A DNA stretch of 64,000 nt, from NCBI GenBank assembly GCA_964441495.1, contig CAYTXV010000002.1, forward strand, positions 9,168 through 73,167, read 5' to 3'. The stretch is from an uncultured Candidatus Saccharibacteria bacterium. Its GTDB lineage: Bacteria; Patescibacteriota; Minisyncoccia; Phycocordibacterales; UBA9973. The notes below the pieces were generated by a model, which saw only the letters and a list, made by a program, of their open reading frames with translations, did not search any database and was not told the origin of the DNA. Of this stretch, positions 9,987-19,038 are shown piece by piece; the stretch's first letter is position 1; every line of letters starts with the position of its first letter. The translations under genes and the position numbers were made by a program.

Positions 9987-10952
9987 TTACCACAGATTGA
10001 GCTTGAGTCCGTACTCGAGACGTCGCTTGAGCATGTTGATGATAAAGTCATCGGGAAACGCTATAGTGAGAGATTGCTCTCGATTGTTTGCTTCGGTGAA
10101 AAATCCTGCTCGATCTGTGGTTGTATCGTTCCAAAACGGAGTTGGTACACGTCGTTGGTAGGTTGTCTGTGTGAGCCGAGGAGACTTTTGCGCGCAGTAG
10201 TTGTAAAGCTCAAGGATTTCGTCGCCCTTGAGTTTGAAGGTGTCGTGGTTTGTCACTTCACGAGCGATATCTTCGTCGGTACGGATAGATTCAGCGATCG
10301 TGTAGAAACGTCGCTCGAGTGTCTTGATATCAGCGAGCTCCTCTGGGGTAAAGACGATGTTGACATCCGCATCGCTACACTGTGGAGCTGGTGTGTTTGG
10401 ACCTGAGGGTGGTGTTGGTGGGGGTGGCACGGTTCCACCAGGAGTCGGTGTTGTCCCAGGTGGTGTGTTTGATGGAGGTGTCGGTGTCCCTGGCGTGGTT
10501 CCTGCGTTTGGATCGATATCTGCTACAAGTGTCCCGCCAGGAGTCGGTGTTGTCCCAGGTGGTGTGTTTGATGTAGGTGAATTTGTTCCAGTTGTTGTGC
10601 TAGACGGGCTTGTCGGGATAAGTGTGTCATTGGTAAACGTACTTGTCTGTGTACCAGGTGCACTAAGCGATCCATCGATAGGTGGTGTCTGTCCAGGAGT
10701 GAGTGCACCTGGTGAAGTCGGTTGTCCTGGCGGTGTCTGTCCAGATGCACCTTCATCAAACGAAGAGTTTAGTGTCCCACCAGGTGCTTCAGTACCCTGC
10801 CCTTGTTTGGTTGAACCTGTCACAAATTCACGAAAGGTAGGTTTAGGCGCATTGTTTTGTGTTGCGGTCTTGCGCGCACCAAGCCACAGGATGCCAAGCA
10901 CGATAGCCACGATGATGATGAGTATGAAGATGATAGTGAAAAATCGACGCAT
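9987..10952 (-). CDS. membrane-anchored Pro/Thr-rich protein (hypothetical)
   Basis: 321 aa with an N-terminal TM (FFTIIFILIIIVAIVLGILWL), a long P/T/G low-complexity linker with duplicated NTPPGTTPTPGGT, and a globular C-terminus. Confidence 0.55.
   Translation of the reverse strand: MRRFFTIIFILIIIVAIVLGILWLGARKTATQNNAPKPTFREFVTGSTKQGQGTEAPGGTLNSSFDEGASGQTPPGQPTSPGALTPGQTPPIDGSLSAPGTQTSTFTNDTLIPTSPSSTTTGTNSPTSNTPPGTTPTPGGTLVADIDPNAGTTPGTPTPPSNTPPGTTPTPGGTVPPPPTPPSGPNTPAPQCSDADVNIVFTPEELADIKTLERRFYTIAESIRTDEDIAREVTNHDTFKLKGDEILELYNYCAQKSPRLTQTTYQRRVPTPFWNDTTTDRAGFFTEANNREQSLTIAFPDDFIINMLKRRLEYGLKLNLW
10438..10573. repeat. 37-bp perfect direct repeat (10438..10474 and 10537..10573), 99 bp period
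   Basis: ccaggagtcggtgttgtcccaggtggtgtgtttgatg occurs twice. The copies are in frame (33 codons apart) inside the P/T-rich linker of the 321-aa protein. Confidence 0.9.
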
Positions 10953-10955
10953 ATA

Positions 10956-13091
10956 TTATAGAGTACTATAGAAATACTGACTTGAGAGTATCGACTGCTC
11001 TACAAATGGGTTTGGCGCATCGCTCTCTACTCGGGCAATGGGGACAATTGGTGATGTATCAACAACATAGGCATTGTTGATACAAGTAGCATCTACAGGT
11101 GTACCAGCTGCTGCTTGAGATGCGATGTAGCGAGTCTTTGCTCTTCCGACGATTCGCTGTATCTCATCATAGATCGCTTGGAGTTGTTCAACAGCGTCTT
11201 CGGTGTCGGTGATATTTTGCGCGTACTGACGATCGTACGCAGAGATGTTTCTATTGTACGATACGAGGCGCTCTGTTTCTCTGTATGCGCTTCGTGCAAA
11301 TGCACGCGCATCCGCTTGTGCAAACGCTCCGGACTCGAGTGCTGCATACGCGTTTGCAAGAGAATCCCTATCAAACCCAGCATTTGTATACTCCTGAATA
11401 AGTGAATCAAATGATCTCTGCAAAAAACCGGGTATTTCGCGAAAAATGCCAGATGCACCAAACCCTGTCGCAGCATATACATGAGGACTCGTTGATCGTT
11501 GTGTATCAGTAACTTTGTCATAGATAACTGGAGTACCAGCGAGTATTGGTGGTGGCCCATCATTTCCTCCAAAGAGCCCACCAAGAATTGGGATACTACT
11601 CAAGAATCCTTGCACAGCGTTTGGACCGTTGGGTGATGGTTGTTGGAGCGAGCCAAGTATGGTTTGAAAGTTTTCTGAGAGCCCGCTTTGCCATGTCGGG
11701 TTGGGCCCAGGGAGACAGTAATCAAGTGCGCCGAGTGTAGGAACGATACGGTTCATCGCTACTTGGGCATCTTTTGCGCGGTTGATGTAGTCAAGCTGTG
11801 TCTTGATGATCGCGCGGAGTTGTTGTGGTCGACTGATATCGAGGTCTCCGGTGAATCCCCCACTTACTGAACCTACCTGTCCACCAAGCTGGTTTGCGGT
11901 ATCTGCGAAGCTTCCGAGTGGTGCGCCGTTGGTACCGAGGACTACGTTTGTACCCATCCCTGTACCTGCGCTTATTCCTGCCCTCCCTCCTCTACTCAAG
12001 CTTCCGAGCCCGTTTCTAAAGAGGTTGTTGAGCAGATTATCAAAAAACGATCCAAGCACCTCGTTTATCTTGTCTGCTTGCTCGAGCTGGCGAACCGCAG
12101 AGTTGGTCACGTATGCAGTTTGCTGCGCGATGAGGGCGCCAGGTGTCACTGTTTCGTATCGCAGGCATTTACGACCTGCTTGTGTAGTCGATGCGGTTGT
12201 CGGAGCACTTGTATCTACCATACCTGGAGGGATTTCATCGAGCGGTGTTCCGTTTACTGTATTTGCACCCGCAGTTTGCACGCCCCACTCCACACACTTT
12301 TTCATTGAGAGGAAGCCATCACCTTGTTGGAGTTCGTTTTGTACGTTTTCTTGCGCAGTGTCGATGTTTTTGCTGACCTGCTGTACCGCGTCAAAGTATG
12401 CACTGAGTGGATTGTTTTGCGGATTCAAGAGACTGTTCCACCCACCTTGTGTGAAGTCTTGTTGGAAGCTCTGGTACGCACGAGCCTGAGGCGTGTTCAT
12501 CACTTGGTTGATACGACCATCACTATACCCAGTCACCTGCTGTGTCACCACTGAACGGATCGCATTGCCAAAGATAGGGTTTGTTGTTGGGACCTGACTC
12601 AAGAAACTTTGGAGCTTCTGATCACGGATCGATCGGAGGTATGAATCAATATCCCTGACATAGAGTGGGTTGCCGTCAAACCCTGTGTTGACCCAGTTGA
12701 GTGTTTTGTTCGACACTTGCTGGAGTACATTTTTGGCCATCGAGTATGCGATACCGTCGAGACAGTTTTCTTTTTTTGCCTGCTTTTTTTGCTGATCAAG
12801 CGCTTTTTGATCTATAGTTGGTACTTCCTGGCTTACTCCAACTGCTTTATAAAGAGCGCCTGTTGCTGGTTCTACTGTTGTTTTGAATAAGTCTCGTGCA
12901 GCACTTGAGATAGTACTGCCGATGTTGGTGCAGTTGAGGATCGCACTACCGACTCCACTAAAGCTCATCCCTTGGAAACTACTCCCTGTACCACTGTTTG
13001 TAGAAAAGCTTGGGTTAAAGGTTTGCGCACTCACCCCCTGCGGGATGAGGAGAAGTGCTATATATATACCAAGTGATAGTTTCCGGAGCAT
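10956..13091 (-). CDS. large secreted hypothetical protein
   Basis: 711 aa with a signal peptide (MLRKLSLGIYIALLLIPQGVSAQ). No family recognised. Tightly packed in the T4SS-like operon. Confidence 0.55.
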   Translation of the reverse strand: MLRKLSLGIYIALLLIPQGVSAQTFNPSFSTNSGTGSSFQGMSFSGVGSAILNCTNIGSTISSAARDLFKTTVEPATGALYKAVGVSQEVPTIDQKALDQQKKQAKKENCLDGIAYSMAKNVLQQVSNKTLNWVNTGFDGNPLYVRDIDSYLRSIRDQKLQSFLSQVPTTNPIFGNAIRSVVTQQVTGYSDGRINQVMNTPQARAYQSFQQDFTQGGWNSLLNPQNNPLSAYFDAVQQVSKNIDTAQENVQNELQQGDGFLSMKKCVEWGVQTAGANTVNGTPLDEIPPGMVDTSAPTTASTTQAGRKCLRYETVTPGALIAQQTAYVTNSAVRQLEQADKINEVLGSFFDNLLNNLFRNGLGSLSRGGRAGISAGTGMGTNVVLGTNGAPLGSFADTANQLGGQVGSVSGGFTGDLDISRPQQLRAIIKTQLDYINRAKDAQVAMNRIVPTLGALDYCLPGPNPTWQSGLSENFQTILGSLQQPSPNGPNAVQGFLSSIPILGGLFGGNDGPPPILAGTPVIYDKVTDTQRSTSPHVYAATGFGASGIFREIPGFLQRSFDSLIQEYTNAGFDRDSLANAYAALESGAFAQADARAFARSAYRETERLVSYNRNISAYDRQYAQNITDTEDAVEQLQAIYDEIQRIVGRAKTRYIASQAAAGTPVDATCINNAYVVDTSPIVPIARVESDAPNPFVEQSILSSQYFYSTL

Positions 13092-13093
13092 AT

Positions 13094-13975
13094 CTATGAT
13101 CCAAGTATACCGTACTCAGCCAGATAATCACGCATGGTAGCTGCTGCGGTATCAAATGATAGGCTGTACTCTTTGTAGATAGCAACCCCGACAAGTGCAG
13201 AGAGTCCGTTATCAGAGAGTTCTTGGATATATCCAAACGAATCTGCAACTCCTGCAACTGCATTGGTCATCTCAAGGTGGTACGGCGCCACACCGATTGG
13301 TGTTTTGGTTGCGATGAGTTCTTTGGCAAGCGCGCGGTATGAGGCTGCTGTTGTATCAAGTTCTGCGAGTCCACTCTCGTCGCCGTTTTCGACTGCTTGG
13401 ACGATCACGTCGAGTTCCGCTTGCCCTTTGTCGTATTTGGTAAGGATCTTTTGTAGTGTTGTACTGTAAGCGATGAGTGATTGACTTGTTGTTTTGATAG
13501 TCTGAACGTCTTTGGCAGAGTATCTATTGGTGACAAGGTCTGTTTGGATGTTTGTTCCAAACTGGGCTGCGATTTGATTAAGGGTTGTGTTGTCTACCTC
13601 GTCTGATTGACCAAGTGCTGTTGCGAGAGTAAACAGTTCTCGAGAGAGCTTGTCGGTTTCGTTGAGCGTGCTTGTATCTACTGGTGCGACACCGAGCGAC
13701 TGTTTCTTTTCTTCAATGATTTGCTTGTTAGGTACACCATTTGTATACAGGACGGTTGGATCAAGTCCCCAGAGGCGCTCTTCCCAGTCTGCGATGCCGT
13801 TACCGTTAGAGTCTTTGTCGATGACGTCTCCTACTGTTGGTGAGTCTGCAACGATATTTTTTGGTGCTTTGTTAAACAAGGCGCGGAACCATGTTGTCTG
13901 GACGACAAGTACAACTGCAACAACCGCGATTGCGATACTTCCTCGAACGATAAATTGTTTACTTGGTTTGTGCAT
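13094..13975 (-). CDS. membrane-anchored hypothetical protein
   Basis: 293 aa with an N-terminal TM anchor (GSIAIAVVAVVLVVQTTWF). It ends 2 nt before the next gene. Confidence 0.5.
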   Translation of the reverse strand: MHKPSKQFIVRGSIAIAVVAVVLVVQTTWFRALFNKAPKNIVADSPTVGDVIDKDSNGNGIADWEERLWGLDPTVLYTNGVPNKQIIEEKKQSLGVAPVDTSTLNETDKLSRELFTLATALGQSDEVDNTTLNQIAAQFGTNIQTDLVTNRYSAKDVQTIKTTSQSLIAYSTTLQKILTKYDKGQAELDVIVQAVENGDESGLAELDTTAASYRALAKELIATKTPIGVAPYHLEMTNAVAGVADSFGYIQELSDNGLSALVGVAIYKEYSLSFDTAAATMRDYLAEYGILGS

Positions 13976-13980
13976 ACAAT

Positions 13981-14535
13981 CTATCTAGATACTCCGTACT
14001 TAACCACCTTGAATGCTGGTAAAGGAGTTCCTGTTTCCGGATTGTAACATGTAGACATATTAGGAATCGCGTTGTACATACCCAGGACATACCCACTACT
14101 CCTTGGTGTACCACCACCAAAATTAGATGCAATAGATTGTTGTGCAGCACGAGAATCTTTTAATTGATTTACAAGACGCTGTTCTTCTTGGAGTTGGCTC
14201 GAGGTGGGGTTTCCACTCATATAACTACTACTGGTTCGAATATTTCTTAATTGGTCTAAAATATTTTTTTCTCTTGTTCCCTCCGAACTAAACTTATCTG
14301 TAGTTATAAAATACGGTCCAAATGTTGCAATATTAAACGGTTGGATTGTGAATGGTCCATGAATTGCGCTACATACAATTGTTGACGCCATTTGTGGAGC
14401 AGTTAACAGTACTCTCCCACCAAATGGCACAGTGAGAGCTGATGATCCGCCAGAAAACCCTAGTGTCGCATGGGTGATATATGGCACAGTGAGCATGCCG
14501 AGAAAGAGAAGAATGAGTTGTCGGTGATGTTTCAT
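13981..14535 (-). CDS. secreted hypothetical protein
   Basis: 184 aa with a signal peptide (LILLFLGMLTVPYITHA). It starts 6 nt downstream of the rsmA stop. Confidence 0.5.
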   Translation of the reverse strand: MKHHRQLILLFLGMLTVPYITHATLGFSGGSSALTVPFGGRVLLTAPQMASTIVCSAIHGPFTIQPFNIATFGPYFITTDKFSSEGTREKNILDQLRNIRTSSSYMSGNPTSSQLQEEQRLVNQLKDSRAAQQSIASNFGGGTPRSSGYVLGMYNAIPNMSTCYNPETGTPLPAFKVVKYGVSR

Positions 14536-14541
14536 GTGTAG

Positions 14542-15351
14542 TTATTGTACACCGTTTTGTATGAAATGTTGTACAAGATCTTTCCATGTATCGAGCGCTA
14601 TATCTTCTGGACGAGTAGCTGGAGCGATATGTGCATCCTCAAGGATCTGTGCTGCGCGTGCTTTGTCTCCGACAAGCTCGGTCAAGCTTTTGCCGATCTG
14701 TTTGCGCTTCATACCAAACACTGCTTTGAGCACTTTGAAAAATACTCTTTCATCCACATCTCCAAAAAAGTCTCGAGAGATCCCCTCGATCACCAGGATC
14801 GCAGACTCGACCGATGGTGGCGGGACAAATGCGCCACGCGGCACGCGTGCAACGATCGATGGTGTGCCGTATGTATGGACCGCGATCGAAAGCACGCTCT
14901 CTTTACCGTCTCGCGCGACGATACGCTCTGCGACTTCGCGCTGCATGAGGAGTACCATACGCTCTGGTTGGTGTTTTGTACTTAAAAATTTCTCAATGAT
15001 TGCACCAGTGATGTAATACGGAATATTTGCGATGAGTTTGTATGGCTTGTTGTACGGGCGTAGTGTTTCTGGATCAAAGTCGAGTACGTCTTGCTCGAGG
15101 ATATCGAGGCGGGTCTTTGCGATAGCCTCAGCAAACGTTTGCTGGAGTATCGGAATAAGTTCTCGGTCTTTTTCTAGTGCGATCACTTTGCCAGCAAGTT
15201 GTACAAGTCGCTCTGTAAGCACCCCTTTGCCTGGTCCGATCTCAAGGACGAGGTCGTCTGCATGGATATCTCCTGCGTCTACTATCTGTGAGAGCGCTTT
15301 GTCGCTCGTGAGGAAATGTTGCCCGAGGGATTTTTTGGCGCGCATGCTCAT
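14542..15351 (-). CDS. rsmA: 16S rRNA (adenine1518/1519-N6)-dimethyltransferase
   Basis: 269 aa with the N-terminal KKSLGQHFL signature and the SAM-binding motif VLEIGPGKGVLT. Confidence 0.9.
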   Translation of the reverse strand: MSMRAKKSLGQHFLTSDKALSQIVDAGDIHADDLVLEIGPGKGVLTERLVQLAGKVIALEKDRELIPILQQTFAEAIAKTRLDILEQDVLDFDPETLRPYNKPYKLIANIPYYITGAIIEKFLSTKHQPERMVLLMQREVAERIVARDGKESVLSIAVHTYGTPSIVARVPRGAFVPPPSVESAILVIEGISRDFFGDVDERVFFKVLKAVFGMKRKQIGKSLTELVGDKARAAQILEDAHIAPATRPEDIALDTWKDLVQHFIQNGVQ

Positions 15352-15354
15352 ATA

Positions 15355-17292
15355 TTATATGAATACCGTCCCAAACCCTACTTCCCCGGCACGTGTCTCT
15401 CGAGTGATGATCTCTTCGGGGATGTCGAGGAGGAACTCACTCGGAAGTCTGATGTCGCGCATACCATATATAGTACGCATGCTCGCGTAGGTGATATAGA
15501 GTTTGTGCCGTGCTCGAGTGACTGCGACGTACATGAGTCTGCGCTCTTCTTCGGCATCTGCGCCGGTTGCGCCCCTGTCTCTGCCGCTCGGGAACAGTCC
15601 TTGTTCGAGTCCAACGAGAAACACAACTGCAAACTCAAGCCCCTTTGCTGCGTGTATCGTCATGAGCTTGACTCCTTTTGCCTGCTCGAGGTTGTCTTGA
15701 TCGCTCATAAGTGTCGCCTCTTCGACGAGACGTTCAACACCGTCGATACTTGGGAGATGATCGTACCGTGTTGCAAGTGTGACGAGCTCGCCGAGGTTTT
15801 GCAAACGCTCCTCACCTTCTATCTTGTCGTCTTTGTATGCGCGCTCCATACCACTTATTTCGATGACATATTTGATCGTTTCAGAGACAGTGTGTGATTC
15901 GAGATACACCTTGATCTTTTCAAGTATCGCAAAAAACTCATCTACACCAACTTTTACCTTGCCGGTGAGTACTTCTTTGCCTGCCTGCGCAGGCAGGGCA
16001 AACAGTTTTGTGACGGTGACTTTGCCGATACCGCGTGCGGGTACGTTGATGATACGTTTGATATCAACAAGACTTTCTGGGTTGAGGCTCGCGCGGATGT
16101 ATGAGAGCACGTCTTTGATTTCTTTGCGTTCAAAGAACCGCACACCGAGTACTTGGTACGGTATGTGATATGAGAGAAATGCCTCTTCGAGTGCGCGTGA
16201 CTGCGCATTGGTGCGAAAGAGTATTGCGATGTCACTTGCTGCTACCCCACTATCGATGTGTTCGATACAACGCTCAACAACAAACGATGCTTCATCACTC
16301 TCATCATATGCGGTGTACATCGAGATGAGTTCGCCGTCCGCGTTGCTCGTGAAAAGGTTTTTGGGAGTACGGTAGTTGTTCTTGTTGATGATTTTGTTTG
16401 CTGCAGTGAGTACTGTTTTGGTTGAACGGTAGTTTTCTTCGAGTACGACGACAGTTGCTTCTGGGTAGTCGTGTTCAAACTCAAGTATGTTTTTGATATT
16501 GGCACCACGCCATGAGTAGATACTCTGGTCACTATCGCCAACCACACAGATGTTCTTTTTGTCTGCGGCGAGTGCGCGTGCGATACGATACTGCACTTCG
16601 TTGGTGTCTTGGTACTCATCGATGTGGATGTGAGACCACGTATTGTGGCACCATGTGCGTGCCTGATCGTTTTTCTCAAGGAGCTCAACTGTCTGCGTGA
16701 GGAGGTCGTCAAAGTCGAGTGCTTTTTGTGATACTTTGAGCGATCGATAGGCACGCCAGATACGCCCTGCCATTCGGTAGGATGGATTTGCTTCCCCTTC
16801 AAGCTCTTCAGGAGTTTGTGATGCATTTGCAGCACGGCTGATGATTGAGCGGATACTGCGCGGATCAGTTGTCTTGGGGTCTATCCCAAACGAAAGGAGT
16901 GCTTCTTTGACAAGTGACATACTGTCTGCGTCGTCAAGGATGGTAAATCGTGGTGCTGTGCCACCATATGCACCAAACTTACGGAGCAAAAACACTCCCA
17001 AACTATGAAACGTACTGATAAAGGGTACTTGCCCTGGTTCGATATGAGGAAGCTGGTGCATCATGTGTGAGATGCGTTCGCGCATTTCTTTGGCAGCCTT
17101 GTTGGTAAATGTCACTGCAAGGATCTGTGACGGGTGTACTCCGAGTGTGATGAGGTGCCCGATGCGGTGTACGATTGTTTTGGTCTTGCCCGCTCCCGCA
17201 CCTGCCACGATGAGGAGTGGTCCGTCAGTAGCAAGCACCGCTTTTTTTTGCGCATCATTGAGCCCCTGTGTAAAGTCTCGGGTAAGGTCCAT
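15355..17292 (-). CDS. uvrD: UvrD/PcrA-family ATP-dependent DNA helicase
   Basis: 645 aa with AGAGAGKTKT (Walker A), HIHIDEYQDTN (motif II) and C-terminal VAVTRARHKLYI. Confidence 0.9.
   Translation of the reverse strand: MDLTRDFTQGLNDAQKKAVLATDGPLLIVAGAGAGKTKTIVHRIGHLITLGVHPSQILAVTFTNKAAKEMRERISHMMHQLPHIEPGQVPFISTFHSLGVFLLRKFGAYGGTAPRFTILDDADSMSLVKEALLSFGIDPKTTDPRSIRSIISRAANASQTPEELEGEANPSYRMAGRIWRAYRSLKVSQKALDFDDLLTQTVELLEKNDQARTWCHNTWSHIHIDEYQDTNEVQYRIARALAADKKNICVVGDSDQSIYSWRGANIKNILEFEHDYPEATVVVLEENYRSTKTVLTAANKIINKNNYRTPKNLFTSNADGELISMYTAYDESDEASFVVERCIEHIDSGVAASDIAILFRTNAQSRALEEAFLSYHIPYQVLGVRFFERKEIKDVLSYIRASLNPESLVDIKRIINVPARGIGKVTVTKLFALPAQAGKEVLTGKVKVGVDEFFAILEKIKVYLESHTVSETIKYVIEISGMERAYKDDKIEGEERLQNLGELVTLATRYDHLPSIDGVERLVEEATLMSDQDNLEQAKGVKLMTIHAAKGLEFAVVFLVGLEQGLFPSGRDRGATGADAEEERRLMYVAVTRARHKLYITYASMRTIYGMRDIRLPSEFLLDIPEEIITRETRAGEVGFGTVFI
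15980..15997. repeat. 18-bp perfect palindrome CCTGCCTGCGCAGGCAGG, copy 1 (in frame in uvrD, encodes LPAQAG)
   Basis: Read directly from the sequence. The Leu codon begins at 15996, and (17292-15996) is divisible by 3. Confidence 0.95.
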
Positions 17293-17504
17293 ACGTCCGT
17301 AGAGTGTACCTGATTTATTGATAAACCAAAAATATCCTTTGTTTACAATGCTTTTGTGGGTATCTGCATCAGGGTATAACCTCTTGCGCTCGTCAAATCA
17401 CTCAAAAACAAGGTTTTTTTGGCAAAAATCTATTGACCATATGCTTTATATATTGTGATATCACAAACCTGCTCGACTTCTTGGTAAACTAGAAACCTAC
17501 CCGT

Positions 17505-18566
17505 ATGTTATCTACAGATTCATCGAGTCCCGCTCCCAAACGATTCAATAAACGATTTGGACACAACAAAAAGCGCGGACTCTCTATAGTACTTAGTGCC
17601 TTCCTCCTGTGTATCGCAGTGGGGTATCCACTCTACAAGGTGCTTTCCAAAGACGCAGGTGCTAACCAAACACAAGTCAAAGACGAAACAGTTGCTGTTG
17701 GTTCTGAATCAGAACTTGCAAACGATCAGCCTGCAGAAACAGAGCTTGCTACAGAAGATACGGCAACAATCACTACATATATAGTACAAAGTGGCGACAC
17801 CCTCTCTGGGATTGCAAGCAAGTTTGGCATCTCGGTCAACACGATCCGCTGGGCCAACGACCTCACCGAAAAGACCTCCAAAATCAAGCCTGGCGATGAG
17901 CTTGTGATCCTCCCTGTCTCGGGTATCGAGTACACAGTCAAAAAGGGCGACACTCTCTCTGGGATTGCTGCTCGGTACGATACTGACCAAGAAGATATCC
18001 TCAAATACAATGATGTTGACGCTGATGCGATCAAGGTTGGTATGAGTCTTATCATCCCGGGCGCTGAGCCGGTCAAAGCGAGTACCCCAAAGCAACCCTC
18101 AAAACCTGTAGCTACAGCACCAAAGCAGCAAGCAACACAAACAGCACCAACAAAAGTTGCACAAACAACAACTAGTGATGATAGTGATGAAAAACCAGAA
18201 ACAGATAGTGGATACGCTGTCCCTGTGAGCGGTGTGCTTACACAAGGTATCCACGATAGAAATGCAGTTGACTTTGGTGTTCCAACAGGTACTTCAGTCA
18301 AAGCATTCAAGAGTGGTGTTGCCAAAAGCTCTGGATACAACGGTGGGTATGGTTCATACATCGTGATCAACCACGCAGGAAGTTGTCAGACGCAGTACTC
18401 ACACCTTTCCAAAGTATCTGTGTCAGTTGGAGACACAGTGACGCAAGGAGAAGTGATCGGTCTTTCTGGAAACACTGGACGATCAACTGGTCCACACCTA
18501 CACTTCAACGTTCGCAACTGTGGTGGCAACCCATTTACCAAATACAAAATCGGTACACGATTCTAA
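17505..18566 (+). CDS. LysM-domain peptidoglycan hydrolase, peptidase M23 family
   Basis: 353 aa with a TM anchor, two LysM repeats (YIVQSGDTLSGIASKFGISVNTI..., YTVKKGDTLSGIAARYD...) and a C-terminal M23 motif (GNTGRSTGPHLHF). Confidence 0.85.
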   Translation: MLSTDSSSPAPKRFNKRFGHNKKRGLSIVLSAFLLCIAVGYPLYKVLSKDAGANQTQVKDETVAVGSESELANDQPAETELATEDTATITTYIVQSGDTLSGIASKFGISVNTIRWANDLTEKTSKIKPGDELVILPVSGIEYTVKKGDTLSGIAARYDTDQEDILKYNDVDADAIKVGMSLIIPGAEPVKASTPKQPSKPVATAPKQQATQTAPTKVAQTTTSDDSDEKPETDSGYAVPVSGVLTQGIHDRNAVDFGVPTGTSVKAFKSGVAKSSGYNGGYGSYIVINHAGSCQTQYSHLSKVSVSVGDTVTQGEVIGLSGNTGRSTGPHLHFNVRNCGGNPFTKYKIGTRF

Positions 18567-18615
18567 AACAAAATCTCCGCTCACTGCGGGGATTTTTCAT
18601 ACAAAAATAAGTTGG

Positions 18616-18825
18616 CTATACGAGTGCAGGGATTTTGAACTTGAGTTCGATCGGTTTTTTGTTAGCAATTTGTGTGCTCGCATGCAGTATCTCGATACCG
18701 AGCACTGTACCCTTTTTGTCGGTATCGACAACGAGCCGATCGTCGAGTTTGAGTGTGCGCGCAACAGTTCCCTTTTTAAAGGTGATATAGAGCGCATCTG
18801 CAATTTTGTCGTGGGTGATTTTCAT
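18616..18825 (-). CDS. DUF2283-family small protein (putative antitoxin-like partner)
   Basis: 69 aa. MKITHDKIADALYITFKKG... is the typical DUF2283 N-terminus. It overlaps the upstream DUF4258 gene by 4 nt. Confidence 0.65.
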   Translation of the reverse strand: MKITHDKIADALYITFKKGTVARTLKLDDRLVVDTDKKGTVLGIEILHASTQIANKKPIELKFKIPALV

Positions 18826-19037
18826 AATCGGTACGCAGTTATGATGACAGCTGTAGTATGGCTTTTCTTACAAATAATTTCAAGAGTGTAGTTTTTAAGT
18901 GATTTTCTTATGACATACAACCCTTCTATTCCGAGACGCTCACTTGTTGGATCAGAGAGTGCAGCCTTGATATCGCGTTGCAATATACTACGTTCTCTCA
19001 TCCGTTCTTTTGCGTGTTTTGTGTACACAATCCGCAT
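18822..19037 (-). CDS. DUF4258-family small protein (putative toxin-like partner)
   Basis: The internal start MRIVYTKHAKERMRERSI... (71 aa) begins at 19037, directly after the comM stop at 19039. The longer track ORF (to 19154) would overlap comM. Confidence 0.6.
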   Translation of the reverse strand: MRIVYTKHAKERMRERSILQRDIKAALSDPTSERLGIEGLYVIRKSLKNYTLEIICKKSHTTAVIITAYRL

Positions 19038-19038
19038 A

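Noticed and set aside
10324-10971. 215-aa Gly/Val-rich plus-strand ORF (also 1763..2407, 11803..12489, 20446..21219, 25462..26079, 51629..52393, 62215..62766, and 58022..58627 and similar)
   Set aside because: These are antisense or alternative-frame shadows of well-supported genes (P/T-rich protein, SLT protein, 711-aa protein, ATL/DksA, xth, GYAW protein, sod, HIT/recJ). Their composition mirrors the real frame and no motifs are present.
17433-17490. Promoter for the LysM-M23 gene
   Set aside because: Two competing candidates exist: TTGACC-N17-TGATAT at 17433..17461, and TGgTAAACT at 17482..17490. I cannot choose between them from sequence alone, so neither is listed as a feature.
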